From assembly GCA_963797555.1 (NCBI GenBank), contig CAWCPV010000003.1, forward strand, positions 963,610 through 1,027,609: a DNA stretch of 64,000 bases, given 5' to 3'. Positions 21,174 through 30,355 of this stretch are shown here, one piece after another. Below the pieces are notes generated by a model. The model was not told the DNA's origin and made no database searches. It worked only from the letters and a program-made list of their open reading frames with translations. Both the position numbers and the translations under genes were made by a program. Position 1 is the first letter of the stretch; the number at the start of each line of letters is the position of its first letter. Origin of the DNA: an uncultured Gammaproteobacteria bacterium. Lineage in GTDB: Bacteria > Pseudomonadota > Gammaproteobacteria > CAWCPV01.

Positions 21174-22233
21174 TCAGCGCACGAGCCTATTCCAGAGGTC
21201 CCCGATCGCCAGCCCCACCCCTGTGCCGACGGTTGGAGCCGCTCGCGCCGATTGTTCCTCCGTCGATGCGTGCTGCGTGCTCGCCGCCGTGTCGCTGATC
21301 TTTACCCACTGATCCACCTCTGCGAAGTCATCCTCGAAGATTGCAGGTGCGTGAGACTCCGTGATGAGCGACCTGTCTCGTCTGACCAGCACCGCATCGT
21401 GAGTCGCGACATCAGTGAAACGCAGGAAGTAGCCATTATCGAGGCAGGTGGCCGATGCGGTGCCACCAGAGGTTACCCCACTCACCGTCAGGAAGATCGC
21501 CTGGGTACAACTGGAGCCGTTGATGGTCATGGTTCCGGTGGCTGAAATGTTGGGTTGCTCCGTATCCACGATGGATCCATCCGGATACTGAACGCTCGAT
21601 CTCACCAGCCGGTAGGTGCCCGTGAAGGGTCGACACGACACTGGACGGCTGAATCAGCTGAATCTCGAACCCCTGCTTGGCAGGTCGCCATTGCAGCAGG
21701 AGGTCGCGGTTCACTCCCTCTGCCTGCATGCCCTGAAGCAGGACCGAATTGCCGTCGATGATGCTCGACTGACCCGGCAGCAGGTCTACCTCAGACGGAT
21801 CTGACAAAAACGGGCTATTGAACCTCACGACCTCGAAGCTCGCCGAGGCTTCGTTGAAGTCCCCTGAAACATTGAAGGCCGTCACCGTCATCGTGTGCTG
21901 GCCGGCTGCCAGCTCGCTGAAGTTGAAGGCCATCGAGAAGCCCGACTCTGCGGCATTGGGGAAGCCGGGAAACGCTGCAGCAACGTCAGGACGCAGGCCG
22001 CCCACCGGAACCTTCGAGACGAAAGTGCCGTCCACCAGTAGGTCAACGTGGTCGATGATGGCAGGTGCTACCACCCAGCCTCTCACATTTGCGATGCCCG
22101 AACGCACCTCACCCGACATCGGTTCCTCGAGGTGCAGCAAGATGCCGGTGTCCAACGCCGGCCAGGCGCACAATGGCCTGACAAGCAATCCAAAGTAAAG
22201 AGCGACAATTCCATACTTCCTAGTCGTATTCAT
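21174..22233 (-). CDS. Secreted protein (Ig-like N-terminal domain plus possible lipocalin-like C-terminal domain), apparently frameshifted near 21630
   Basis: Signal peptide; beta-rich domain with RPDVAAAFP and GQHTMTVTA; the overlapping ORF 21174..21641 continues in another frame. Confidence 0.6.
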
Positions 22234-22359
22234 GGGCTCGTCTCCGGGATTCCATTGGCTTCTCTTCGATTGCGCATCCGGCGTCGTATCGGGCTGTAAT
22301 CACGTTCTCTCGCATGGATGGCTCCTCGGGTGTGACGGTCGTTGCCGCCGCCAGATCCA

Positions 22360-22377
22360 AGTCAAGTTCGATGCCAA
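22360..22377 (-). promoter_or_regulatory. Sigma54-type promoter (GG-N10-GA variant), second copy
   Basis: TTGGCATCGAACTTGACT. Confidence 0.6.
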
Positions 22378-22485
22378 CGCCCGCGCTGAGGGCCAAGAGG
22401 GTGGCACGCGAAGGATCTGCGACGGAGCGTGCTGTTTGGCGCCGCTGATAGACCGACCTCCAACCGACGCGGAATCGGACAACCG

Positions 22486-22524
22486 ATGCACGACTTTGTA
22501 CGCTGGATGTACAGGTTTCGATGC
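22486..22524. promoter_or_regulatory. Candidate upstream activator sequence, copy 2
   Basis: ATGCA-N7-GTAC-N5-ATGTA-N6-TCGATGC. Confidence 0.55.
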
Positions 22525-23571
22525 ACTGCAAGCAAATGGACGAAGCCGCCAGCCTCACCCGCTAGGGTGGCAGCCGTGGCGTTTCTGAGTAGCGCTCGAA
22601 CCCGGTTCGCGCTGACGGTCGCCCCCCAAGCGCAACCCGTTCTTCCGCGAGCGCCTCGACTACGAAGCCCCGTATGGAGCGCGCGGCTCGTCGAACAGAC
22701 TGCCGTGTGCCTTCCGTGCCGCGTTGCCTTCAGCCTCGCCCATCCCGGTGCTTCGTCTTGCCCAGATCAAGGCTTGGCGACCGCTCGGCAGCGTGGTTTC
22801 ACCGAGGCCGGAGCCGACAGTCGGGCGCGCTCCTTCACGTCAAGCTGCTGCGTCTGCTTCAGACATACCCTTTCCGCGCCTAGGCGACTGAAACCCCAGA
22901 AACCTTCGCGGCAAGCTGGCCACGGCGGAAAACCTTGTCGCGAACAGGGGCCCGCGAGGCTTGCCCCCTTGATCCCAGTTACCGACTCTGCCGAGAGATG
23001 GTCGGGACGTTGTTGCTCGCGAAACGACCGAGAGATTCGACGGACGAGCTGCTGAAGCTGGTCGTATGCGGCTACCGAGCAGGTCGCGGGCGACTAAGCC
23101 GAAGCCCTTGTTGGGAAGCTCGTCAGTTGGGTGAAGGCGTGCTTGAAGCTGGATTTAGAGCCGCGCGCGAAACTTACGCGAGCCGGACCGGCGCGCAGTA
23201 CGTGTAGGGATGGACACAGAGCATGGACCGCTGATAAGCGCGAGCGGCTTACCGTCTGGAGTCTGAAATGGGTTTCGTCAAGTCCGGTGCGGTCGGGCGA
23301 TTTAACAGCACAGTAGCCATGGCGTAAGTTCTGAATCATCGTCTATGCGCAGACGAGCAGCTCCGATGCGGCGGCGCGCGAGATTCGCCGGATCCCGGCA
23401 GATCTCAGACCGAGGCAGATGCCAAGCGTTTGGACGCGTCCCAACGCGAATTGTGGGACGAACCTATCATCAGACGGACCCGGGAGGCTTTAGGCGCCAA
23501 AGGTACCTCCGGCGGACTCCGACGGTCCCAGGGTACCTGAGGCCCGCCGACCAGCGGCTCCGCAACGGTCC

Positions 23572-23727
23572 TTAGCCAATGGCCTTCACCGTACACTGTA
23601 GGATCACGATCCCGAATTCGCGGACCTTTCCGATGGCGTCCTCGTAACCGGTGGCCGATACGACAAAGTCGATGGGGAACGGTACGTGCTGTGTTCCCGC
23701 ATATCCCAGACCACAGACCTGATACAT
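23572..23727 (-). CDS. Small 51-aa protein (below the ORF track cutoff)
   Basis: MYQVCGLGYAGTQHVPFPIDFVVSATGYEDAIGKVREFGIVILQCTVKAIG; GGAGGG RBS and a canonical sigma54 promoter upstream. Confidence 0.55.
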   Translation of the reverse strand: MYQVCGLGYAGTQHVPFPIDFVVSATGYEDAIGKVREFGIVILQCTVKAIG

Positions 23728-23764
23728 GGCGTTTCCCTCCGCGCCGTCGTCCTACCCATATTGA

Positions 23765-23780
23765 AGCAGGTTTCGTGCCA
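23765..23780 (-). promoter_or_regulatory. Sigma54 -24/-12 promoter
   Basis: TGGCACGAAACCTGCT (GG-N10-GC). Confidence 0.6.
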
Positions 23781-23819
23781 CTCCTCGGGCGGCGACCTGC
23801 GTTGGCAAATTCTGACGGT

Positions 23820-24449
23820 GCAGCCCCGACGCCGGTGGTTCAAGCCGTGGCGCCGGCCTCACACGCCGTGCGCCCGACTCAGGCGCCGCCAGCCGCGCCG
23901 CCGGCATCCGCAGCGGCGCGCGCGCCGGTGGACGAGAAAAAGCCGGAAGGAATCGGGCACCGCGCGCCCGCGACCTCCGACCGGCCAGAGCCGGCGCAAG
24001 CAGATCTCCCGGAGCCGGAGGCAGCCGATGCTTCGGACACTCCGGAGCCCGCGGAGGAGCCAGAGCCTACCGTGCCGCCCCAAGCCCCGGCATTCGTGCC
24101 GCCTGCGCCCCCCGCACCGGCTCCCAAGGCCGCGTTCCCCGCCAGGCCGCCCAAGGAGGCCGCCCCCGCCGCCGCGCCCCAAACCGTGCGCGCGCCTCCG
24201 GCAGCGGCCCCGCTGCTCACCGCACCGCTCATGGAGCAGCTCCCCGAGGCCGTGCGTCAGTCGCTGCCCGCCATCCGAGTCGACGCCCTTCTCTATGCCG
24301 AGCGCCCCGCGGAGCGGATGGTGTTCATCGATGGCCGGCGCTACCGAGAGGGAGACACCGTATCCGAGGGGCTGCGCATCGAGGAGATCAGACGCGACGG
24401 GGTCATCCTCAGCTATAAAGGGTGAGCGCTTCATGGTGCATTCCTGAAC
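23820..24449 (+). pseudogene. 5'-truncated duplicate of exeB (repeat copy 2)
   Basis: Diverged copy of 14886..15508 lacking the start and TM region; extra A near 24419. Confidence 0.92.
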
Positions 24450-24482
24450 GATGCCGCCGCGCTCCCTCCCTCAGCGGGCCGG

Positions 24483-24932
24483 TCAGGGCCGGACGATCCC
24501 CTCGCGCAGTTGCTCTCGCCTGATGACTCGGGCAAGTGCCGCCAGCTCCTCCGCCAACAGGTCGAGCAGGTCGTCCACGGTCACCAGCCCCACCAGAGAT
24601 CCGGCGTCGTCCACTACCGGCACCCGCCGCACGCCGCGCGAGCGCATGCGCGCCAGGGTGTCCCAGATGTCGTCCTCCTCGCGGGCGGTGAGCAGATCGA
24701 AGGTCATGGCATCTCCCACGGTCACCGCATCCAGCAAGACCTCTTTCGCGATGATCTCCACCACGATGTCCCGGTCGGTAACGATGCCGACCGGTACCCG
24801 TTCCTCATCCTGCCCTTCCACGACCACGAGTGTGCCTACGTGGTGCTGGCGCAGCAGTTGTGCTGCCTCCACAATCGTGGTCCCCCGATGGCATACCACG
24901 ACTTCGCGATTGCAGATGTCACCAACGGCCAT
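24483..24932 (-). CDS. CBS-domain protein
   Basis: MAVGDICNREVV, GIVTDRDIV, VRRVPVVD, GLVTVDDLL; GGAGGGG RBS. Confidence 0.9.
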   Translation of the reverse strand: MAVGDICNREVVVCHRGTTIVEAAQLLRQHHVGTLVVVEGQDEERVPVGIVTDRDIVVEIIAKEVLLDAVTVGDAMTFDLLTAREEDDIWDTLARMRSRGVRRVPVVDDAGSLVGLVTVDDLLDLLAEELAALARVIRREQLREGIVRP

Positions 24933-25161
24933 GACCCCTCCGGTGTGCGCGAATACGGAATCCCGAAAAGCACCGCCCTTGCGTCCGACCGCCTGGCCTG
25001 CCGGTACGCGCAAGGGCGCCTCGCCTGGCGAAAGTGTCGAGTTTACCGCCATCCGGCATGCGCCGCACGGGCGCGGCCTCGCCCCGGCATCCTCATCCGG
25101 CGGACGTGGGACGTGCCCCACCGCCTTGCGCCTGGGTGCGCGACGTGGTATTCGTGCAGCC

Positions 25162-25719
25162 ATGTTCCAGCCCCCCGTCACTCTCTACACCGCGGGCCAC
25201 GGCAGCCGCAGCGCGGATGAGCTGGTCGCCCTGCTGCGTCAGGTCGGAATCGAGACCTTGGTAGACGTGCGCGCAAACCCCAGCTCCCGTCGCCACCCGC
25301 AGTTCGAGAGCGAGGCTCTGCGCACCAGCCTGGAGGAGGCGGCAATCGTCTATCACTGGGCCGGGCGACAGCTCGGCGGGCTGCGCGCTGTGGACCCGGC
25401 CTCACGCCACCTCGCCCTGCCCGCCGCCCTGCGGGGATATGGGGACCACATGGAGACCCCGGAGTTCCGGCGCGCAGCGGACCGGCTGGTCCATCTCGCC
25501 GGGAAGTCACGCACCGTGATCCTGTGCGCCGAGCGCCTGCCCGAGCGCTGCCACCGCTGCCTGATCGCCGATTATCTGACCGTACAAGGCACGCGGGTGG
25601 TCCATCTGATCGACCGCGAGGTGCAGGCGGTGCATCGCGTGAGCGCCAGGCTCCATGTGGAGGCTGGAACACTGATCTACGACCTTGGATCCCAGCGGGG
25701 GCTATGCCTCGACTCGTAG
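25162..25719 (+). CDS. DUF488 family protein
   Basis: YTAGHG, LVDVR..PSSR, LGGLR, LCAE..CHR. Confidence 0.88.
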   Translation: MFQPPVTLYTAGHGSRSADELVALLRQVGIETLVDVRANPSSRRHPQFESEALRTSLEEAAIVYHWAGRQLGGLRAVDPASRHLALPAALRGYGDHMETPEFRRAADRLVHLAGKSRTVILCAERLPERCHRCLIADYLTVQGTRVVHLIDREVQAVHRVSARLHVEAGTLIYDLGSQRGLCLDS

Positions 25720-25724
25720 CGGCG

Positions 25725-26244
25725 CCTTTTTGACCGCTCTCTGCAAGGACTTCTCGTCCAAGTGATGCCGGCGCTCCTTGTGGGAACGCGGGTCCATCGA
25801 GCGCTAGAGCGGCAGCCGCACGCACTCTGTGAACCGAAGACCGGCCCCGTACAGCAGGCTCGCCATGATGCAGATCCTCCCATCCAGCCGTGCCAGGAGC
25901 GCCCGTGTCTCCGCTTGCGTCAACACCACCGGGAGCCGGGCCGGGCGCTTCGCGCGGGTGAGATCGTCCATCCACCCGAGATCCTCTCCCAACACCTCCC
26001 GGTACAGGAACACCAACGCCGAAAGCGCCTGGTTCTGCGTCGAGGCCGCCACCTTGCCCTCCACCGCCAGATGGCTGAGAAACCGCTCCACCTCCTGCGC
26101 CCCCATCGAGGCGGGATGTTTGAGGCCGTGGAAACGGATGAAGCGTTTGATCCACTCCAGGTACGCGCGCTCGGTGCGGATGGCATAATGCTTCACCCGC
26201 AGCTTCTCGCGAACCTGGTCGAGCAGGCGGGGCTTGTCGGCCAT
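25725..26244 (-). pseudogene. intI: Integron integrase IntI with an internal deletion, a stop codon and a 3' truncation
   Basis: LLDQVREKLRVKHYAIRTERAY...ASTQNQALSAL...LLYGAGLR; after a TAG comes the IntI-specific DPRS..RRHHLDEKSLQRAVK; the HxLRH and catalytic Tyr region is absent. Confidence 0.93.
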
Positions 26245-26339
26245 GACGGGGTGGTGTATAAGACGGGGCACGGAGTGGTTCGTTTGGGGGACTACATGAT
26301 AAGCCTCACAATGGATTCCGACAAGGGATAGCACGCTAC

Positions 26340-26395
26340 ATGCCACCGTTGCACGAATTTGTGGCGCCACTTAGGGTGTCGACTTCATGTTAGGC
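26340..26395 (+). other. Probable attI site (core GTTAGGC at 26389-26395)
   Basis: GTTRRRY core upstream of the divergent intI and just before the first AT-rich ORF. Confidence 0.7.
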
Positions 26396-26415
26396 ACTTC
26401 AACGGAGAGGAAACA

Positions 26416-27315
26416 GTGATAGTCAAGCAACTATTTTACGAAGCGGAGACGATAATAGCTCGGGCGCAGACAAGAAGCGAAAGTCAGGACTTTCAACGAC
26501 AATACGAGATTATACGTACCCGAACGTGGGCTCGCGTTACAAGTGAGCCCGATATTCTTAACAGCTTGTTTGTTCAGGCGGCGAGCTATAGCGTCGTAAG
26601 GAAGTTTTTTGATATTCTTTACCCTGAAGATATATGGCGCCTTAACGATTACTATGGCACGAATTTCTTTAAACCAAAGGAAGTTCCCGCACTTGATTAT
26701 GATGGCTGGGTCAACGCTACCATTTCTTTGGGAAATGTACTCTTAAAAGAGGAAAAAATACGTCCGGTCGCTTCTCTTGAAGATGTGGTGTCCAGTCTCA
26801 AGTCCGCAAAACAACAAGAATGGAAGTCGTACACGAAGGAACCTAGGTTGCGAATCGTACTGTCTCTCGCCACAGGTCTTCCAAAAGTAAAAAGAGAGGT
26901 TATCGCTAACCCATCTCAATTCTTGGACAGACTAGATCATTTATCGAAGAGCAGCCCCGGAAGGGCGTTTGATTACGCAACCAAGTTTTCTCAAGGAATT
27001 ATAGAAATGGGCAACGCACTCGTCTGTAATTTTTTCAAAGAGCTTGGTCTTCTGTATTACGTTAAGGTAGATGTACACGTCGGCGACTTTATTAACAAAG
27101 TGTCGTTTTGCAAAGAATTTAGCAAGAGGGATGCCTTTATAATGAGCTGGCTGCTCGCAAGAGAGGCAAGAATGGAGCCATTCTTTCTGGATAAGATATT
27201 GTATGTTGGAGGCAAGTATTTGAAGCCTCAAATGACAGAATTATTCAAGAAGCACAGAGAAGAATATATACGAGATATCAATTCCTTAACTTCGGAAATG
27301 CAAAAATATAGATAG
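26416..27315 (+). CDS. Integron cassette protein with an HhH-GPD glycosylase-like C-terminal half
   Basis: AT-rich ORF with GGAGAGG RBS; IIEMGNALVCNFFKELG..YVKVDVHV...PFFLDKILY. Confidence 0.7.
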   Translation: MIVKQLFYEAETIIARAQTRSESQDFQRQYEIIRTRTWARVTSEPDILNSLFVQAASYSVVRKFFDILYPEDIWRLNDYYGTNFFKPKEVPALDYDGWVNATISLGNVLLKEEKIRPVASLEDVVSSLKSAKQQEWKSYTKEPRLRIVLSLATGLPKVKREVIANPSQFLDRLDHLSKSSPGRAFDYATKFSQGIIEMGNALVCNFFKELGLLYYVKVDVHVGDFINKVSFCKEFSKRDAFIMSWLLAREARMEPFFLDKILYVGGKYLKPQMTELFKKHREEYIRDINSLTSEMQKYR

Positions 27316-27453
27316 CTCTCAAACAATCTTCAGCTAATACCAGGCCACACTCAGAATTCACGGCAGCTGCAACTCTTGCTCAGGAATCTTTTCCAAAGTA
27401 GCACCAAGCAATCCTACGCGGTTGCCGCTGGCCGTGACCAAACGGAGGATATC

Positions 27454-27681
27454 ATGGCGTGGAACTGGAGTGAAACCAAGGCCCGGAAATTGATGCGCCG
27501 CAAACCCGTCCCCCTCGGCGACGGCGAGAACAGCAAAAAGGTCCAAGAACTGGCTAATCAGCTTATGCGCCAAGGGCACACCCGGCAAAAGGCATACGCA
27601 AAAGCCCGGGCCAAGCTGAATGAAGAGTATCGGAAAAAGGATGCAAGGTTTATTTCTGGAGGAAAGTGTAGTAAGAAATAG
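27454..27681 (+). CDS. Small basic hypothetical protein (75 aa)
   Basis: GGAGG RBS; MAWNWSETKARK...; Lys/Arg-rich. Confidence 0.65.
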   Translation: MAWNWSETKARKLMRRKPVPLGDGENSKKVQELANQLMRQGHTRQKAYAKARAKLNEEYRKKDARFISGGKCSKK

Positions 27682-27825
27682 TTCGGAGCAGACATACATC
27701 CGTCTTGTCGGCTTGATGATCCGAATTGGATTTCCGATCAACCGAAGAAACGGGGATGCATAAAGATTTTGCACCACAGGAATGAGGAGTTCATTAACTT
27801 TTAGGCCGAACATTGGGGTAATCAC

Positions 27826-28188
27826 ATGAATGCAAATATACCAGTCTCTCCGAGCGTAATCGGCACGCTCTTAGAGTCGGTTGCAAAGCGTCGTAGCCAA
27901 ATATACTACAGTCGCATTGTTGAGCAGTTTGGCTTCCCACCGCTGGATGGAGCATGGAGCTCACATCCCCTTGCGCAAGTCTTCGAAGTGTTAGATCAGC
28001 AGGACGCAGTGGCAAATCGACCGTTCCGCACGTCAGTAGTTGTAGCGGTCGGATCGAATCGGCCTGGCAACGGATTTTACGAAGCGCTTCACCGTCTGAA
28101 GAACATTCCTGACCCAGGAACGCAAAATGCTTGGGATGCCATTTGGGCCGCAGAGATGCAAGCGGCTCACAGTTACAATTGGCCATGA
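27826..28188 (+). CDS. Cassette protein, probable winged-helix domain
   Basis: IYYSRIV...RPFRTSVVV...PGNGFY pattern; followed by attC. Confidence 0.7.
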   Translation: MNANIPVSPSVIGTLLESVAKRRSQIYYSRIVEQFGFPPLDGAWSSHPLAQVFEVLDQQDAVANRPFRTSVVVAVGSNRPGNGFYEALHRLKNIPDPGTQNAWDAIWAAEMQAAHSYNWP

Positions 28189-28230
28189 ACGAGACCCGGA
28201 GAATCAGGTGGGTCCGCGTTTCGAAGAGAC

Positions 28231-28305
28231 GCCTAACCATCACTTCCAGCCGACCGCTCCAGTCGCTGCGCTCCTTGCGCGATCGGCTGAAGTGAGCCGT
28301 TAGGA
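28231..28305 (+). other. attC site 1
   Basis: GCCTAAC ... CACTTCCAGCCGA/TCGGCTGAAGTG ... GTTAGGA. Confidence 0.93.
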
Positions 28306-28321
28306 TGTACGAGAGCTACAT

Positions 28322-28771
28322 ATGAGCGAATCACTACAGGCCGCCTTCATTGCCCTGGCGGGGGTTGCTCTTGGTGGCGTCTTAACAGGCTGGTTTCAAC
28401 GCGCCAATACTAAGATATTGGTTGCGGCCGAACTTCACAAACTTAAGGTACAGCTTGAAGGCGAGGCCCAGAAGCGCTTGCTTGCTCGCAAACAAGACTG
28501 GCTGATGGACGCGATTCCCGAGCTTGTCGCAGCCGCCGATCCCGAACTGCATGCACAATTCGACTATGGGAGAGTAGTGGCGCTCATCCATCGAGTTCAG
28601 CTGCTGCTCGACCCGAACAGGCCCGCGGACGCGAGGTTAAATGGAGCCGTAAGCAATCTTGGTTTCGCCGTGCAGGCCGCCGAGTCTGGGGACCGAGATG
28701 TCTCCCGGCTCCTTGGTGCACAAGCCGAAGTCACGGAAGCAGCGCGTGAACTACTCCGTCAAGTATCCTAA
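28322..28771 (+). CDS. Cassette protein with an N-terminal TM helix
   Basis: Fills the cassette; its stop lies in the TCCTAAC box of the next attC. Confidence 0.8.
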   Translation: MSESLQAAFIALAGVALGGVLTGWFQRANTKILVAAELHKLKVQLEGEAQKRLLARKQDWLMDAIPELVAAADPELHAQFDYGRVVALIHRVQLLLDPNRPADARLNGAVSNLGFAVQAAESGDRDVSRLLGAQAEVTEAARELLRQVS

Positions 28772-28853
28772 CACGTCGCTGGAGGGGACGCTCTGTACGC
28801 TCGCGGTTTTCTCTGACATGGGTGGTTCGCGCCCCTCAGCTTAAGCGTTAGGC
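28766..28853 (+). other. attC site 2
   Basis: TCCTAAC ... GCTGGAGGGG/CCCCTCAGC ... GTTAGGC; R'' complements the preceding GTTAGGA. Confidence 0.92.
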
Positions 28854-28872
28854 ATCAAGAAGAAACGCACAC

Positions 28873-29217
28873 ATGGAAACAACAATACTCGTAAAAAGTA
28901 GTAGCAGAGATGAGCCGTATGCAGTAGCAGTTTCATCAACGGAATCTGGGCTATCAATTTTTTGTGATTGCCCCGCTGGTGAATGGGGAAAATATTGCAA
29001 ACATAAAATGGCAATCGTATTAGCCGATGAAAGAATCCTTTTTGATGAAGAGCAAAAAGAAAACTTCAATAAAATAACGAAATGGATCTCTGAATCTGGC
29101 TACCCATATTTAGTTCAAGAGCTCAAGGAATCCGAAAAAGCACTCGAAACGGCAAAGAAAAATGTTAAAAGTCAAAAAGAGAAGATTGCTCGTTTAATGA
29201 AAGAGGGGTTGAAATAG
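28873..29217 (+). CDS. SWIM zinc-finger protein (cassette)
   Basis: CDCPAGEWGKYCKH (CxC...CxH); C-terminal coiled coil. Confidence 0.8.
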   Translation: METTILVKSSSRDEPYAVAVSSTESGLSIFCDCPAGEWGKYCKHKMAIVLADERILFDEEQKENFNKITKWISESGYPYLVQELKESEKALETAKKNVKSQKEKIARLMKEGLK

Positions 29218-29804
29218 TGGATATTGAAGCAGGGCGAGATGATAGAGGGTACGCCCTCATTGCTAACTTTAAGGATGGCTTTGCGCTTGGCTGGAAAATG
29301 GCAGTTCCAGAGGCATTTAAGGAAGCGCTTGATATTAAATTGACACCAAGAATGTTTGCAAAGAAAAAGGAAATGCTATGGACGCAGGGTCGGTTATATG
29401 ATTTCCACGAAGGAGATACTATTCATGATACCAAACATGCGTATAAAGAATGGGGCGAAGCTTTAAAACACCTAAAACTTAGTGTGCAAGTGCAATTTGC
29501 ATCTTCTTCAGGCTATGTAAATTACGAAACAGTTGAAGTTCAAAACAAGGAATTAAAAATAATTCATCAAAAAGGAAAGTCAAAACCAATAGAAGAAATC
29601 GTTGATGGGTTGGTTGTAAAAAGGCAACGCATAGATCATGGCTTGGTGCGATTCAAGGTTTATCGTCCAAACAACGAGAAAACGGCAGTCGAAGAATGTG
29701 AAACCCTAGAATGCACACAGGATGATTTCGTTGCTTTTCTACAAACAGGCATAGTCCGCACAAAAGAAAATAAGCTATTGAATCTATTCGAAGAAAATGC
29801 CTAA
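29217..29804 (+). CDS. Hypothetical protein coupled to the SWIM gene
   Basis: TAG/GTG one-base overlap; stop lies in the GCCTAAC box of attC 3. Confidence 0.75.
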   Translation: MDIEAGRDDRGYALIANFKDGFALGWKMAVPEAFKEALDIKLTPRMFAKKKEMLWTQGRLYDFHEGDTIHDTKHAYKEWGEALKHLKLSVQVQFASSSGYVNYETVEVQNKELKIIHQKGKSKPIEEIVDGLVVKRQRIDHGLVRFKVYRPNNEKTAVEECETLECTQDDFVAFLQTGIVRTKENKLLNLFEENA

Positions 29805-29891
29805 CAATCACATACACTCGGACAGCAAAAAGCGCCGCTCCTCGTTCCTCGTCGCTCTGCTTTTTGCTGCCGGTGATGTGAGGCGTTAGGA
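29799..29891 (+). other. attC site 3
   Basis: GCCTAAC ... CAGCAAAAAGC/GCTTTTTGCTG ... GTTAGGA. Confidence 0.93.
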
Positions 29892-30008
29892 ACCAGTCCC
29901 ATACGGTGCATCGTCTTCCATCATGAGCTTGTTCCCTTTCTGCGAACTCCCGACGGGGACAATACTCTGCCTACCACCTCCCCATTGAATTTCCTAAACA
30001 GAGAGGAG

Positions 30009-30355
30009 ATGAGAAAGATGAACAAAATAAAATTGTTCTGCGCCATTGCAATTTCATTGGTTCCAATGATCGCGGTTGGAGCTTACAAATGCACAAAACC
30101 GACGGATTAATCGTATATCAACAAGTACAATGTGATGAGGGAGATCAAAAAGAGATTGGGAGTACAAACAATCATTCTAATGCTAAAGGTGAATCTGAAA
30201 TCAAAATGCATTTGGCTATCGTTAAGGCTCATTTAAAGGATCCCGATAGTGCACGATTTTCGTCGATTAGATCAGCAAATGGCAACACTTGTGGTATGGT
30301 CAACGCCAGGAACAGTTATCGAGTACAATTACAATTAGGGTCAGACTCGATTTAA
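30009..30355 (+). pseudogene. Truncated, frameshifted secreted cassette protein (DUF4124-like N-terminus)
   Basis: Signal peptide, AYKCTK/DGLIVYQQVQC, LKDPDSARF..CGMVNARNSY, then breaks off; no attC follows. Confidence 0.6.

Noticed and set aside
22560-23560. Possible genes or ncRNA in this 1-kb gap
   Set aside because: Only short ORFs without recognisable motifs or a clear RBS, and no structure I could support by eye.
26250-26270. LexA box in the intI promoter
   Set aside because: No CTGT-N8-ACAG match; only a partial TGTATA.
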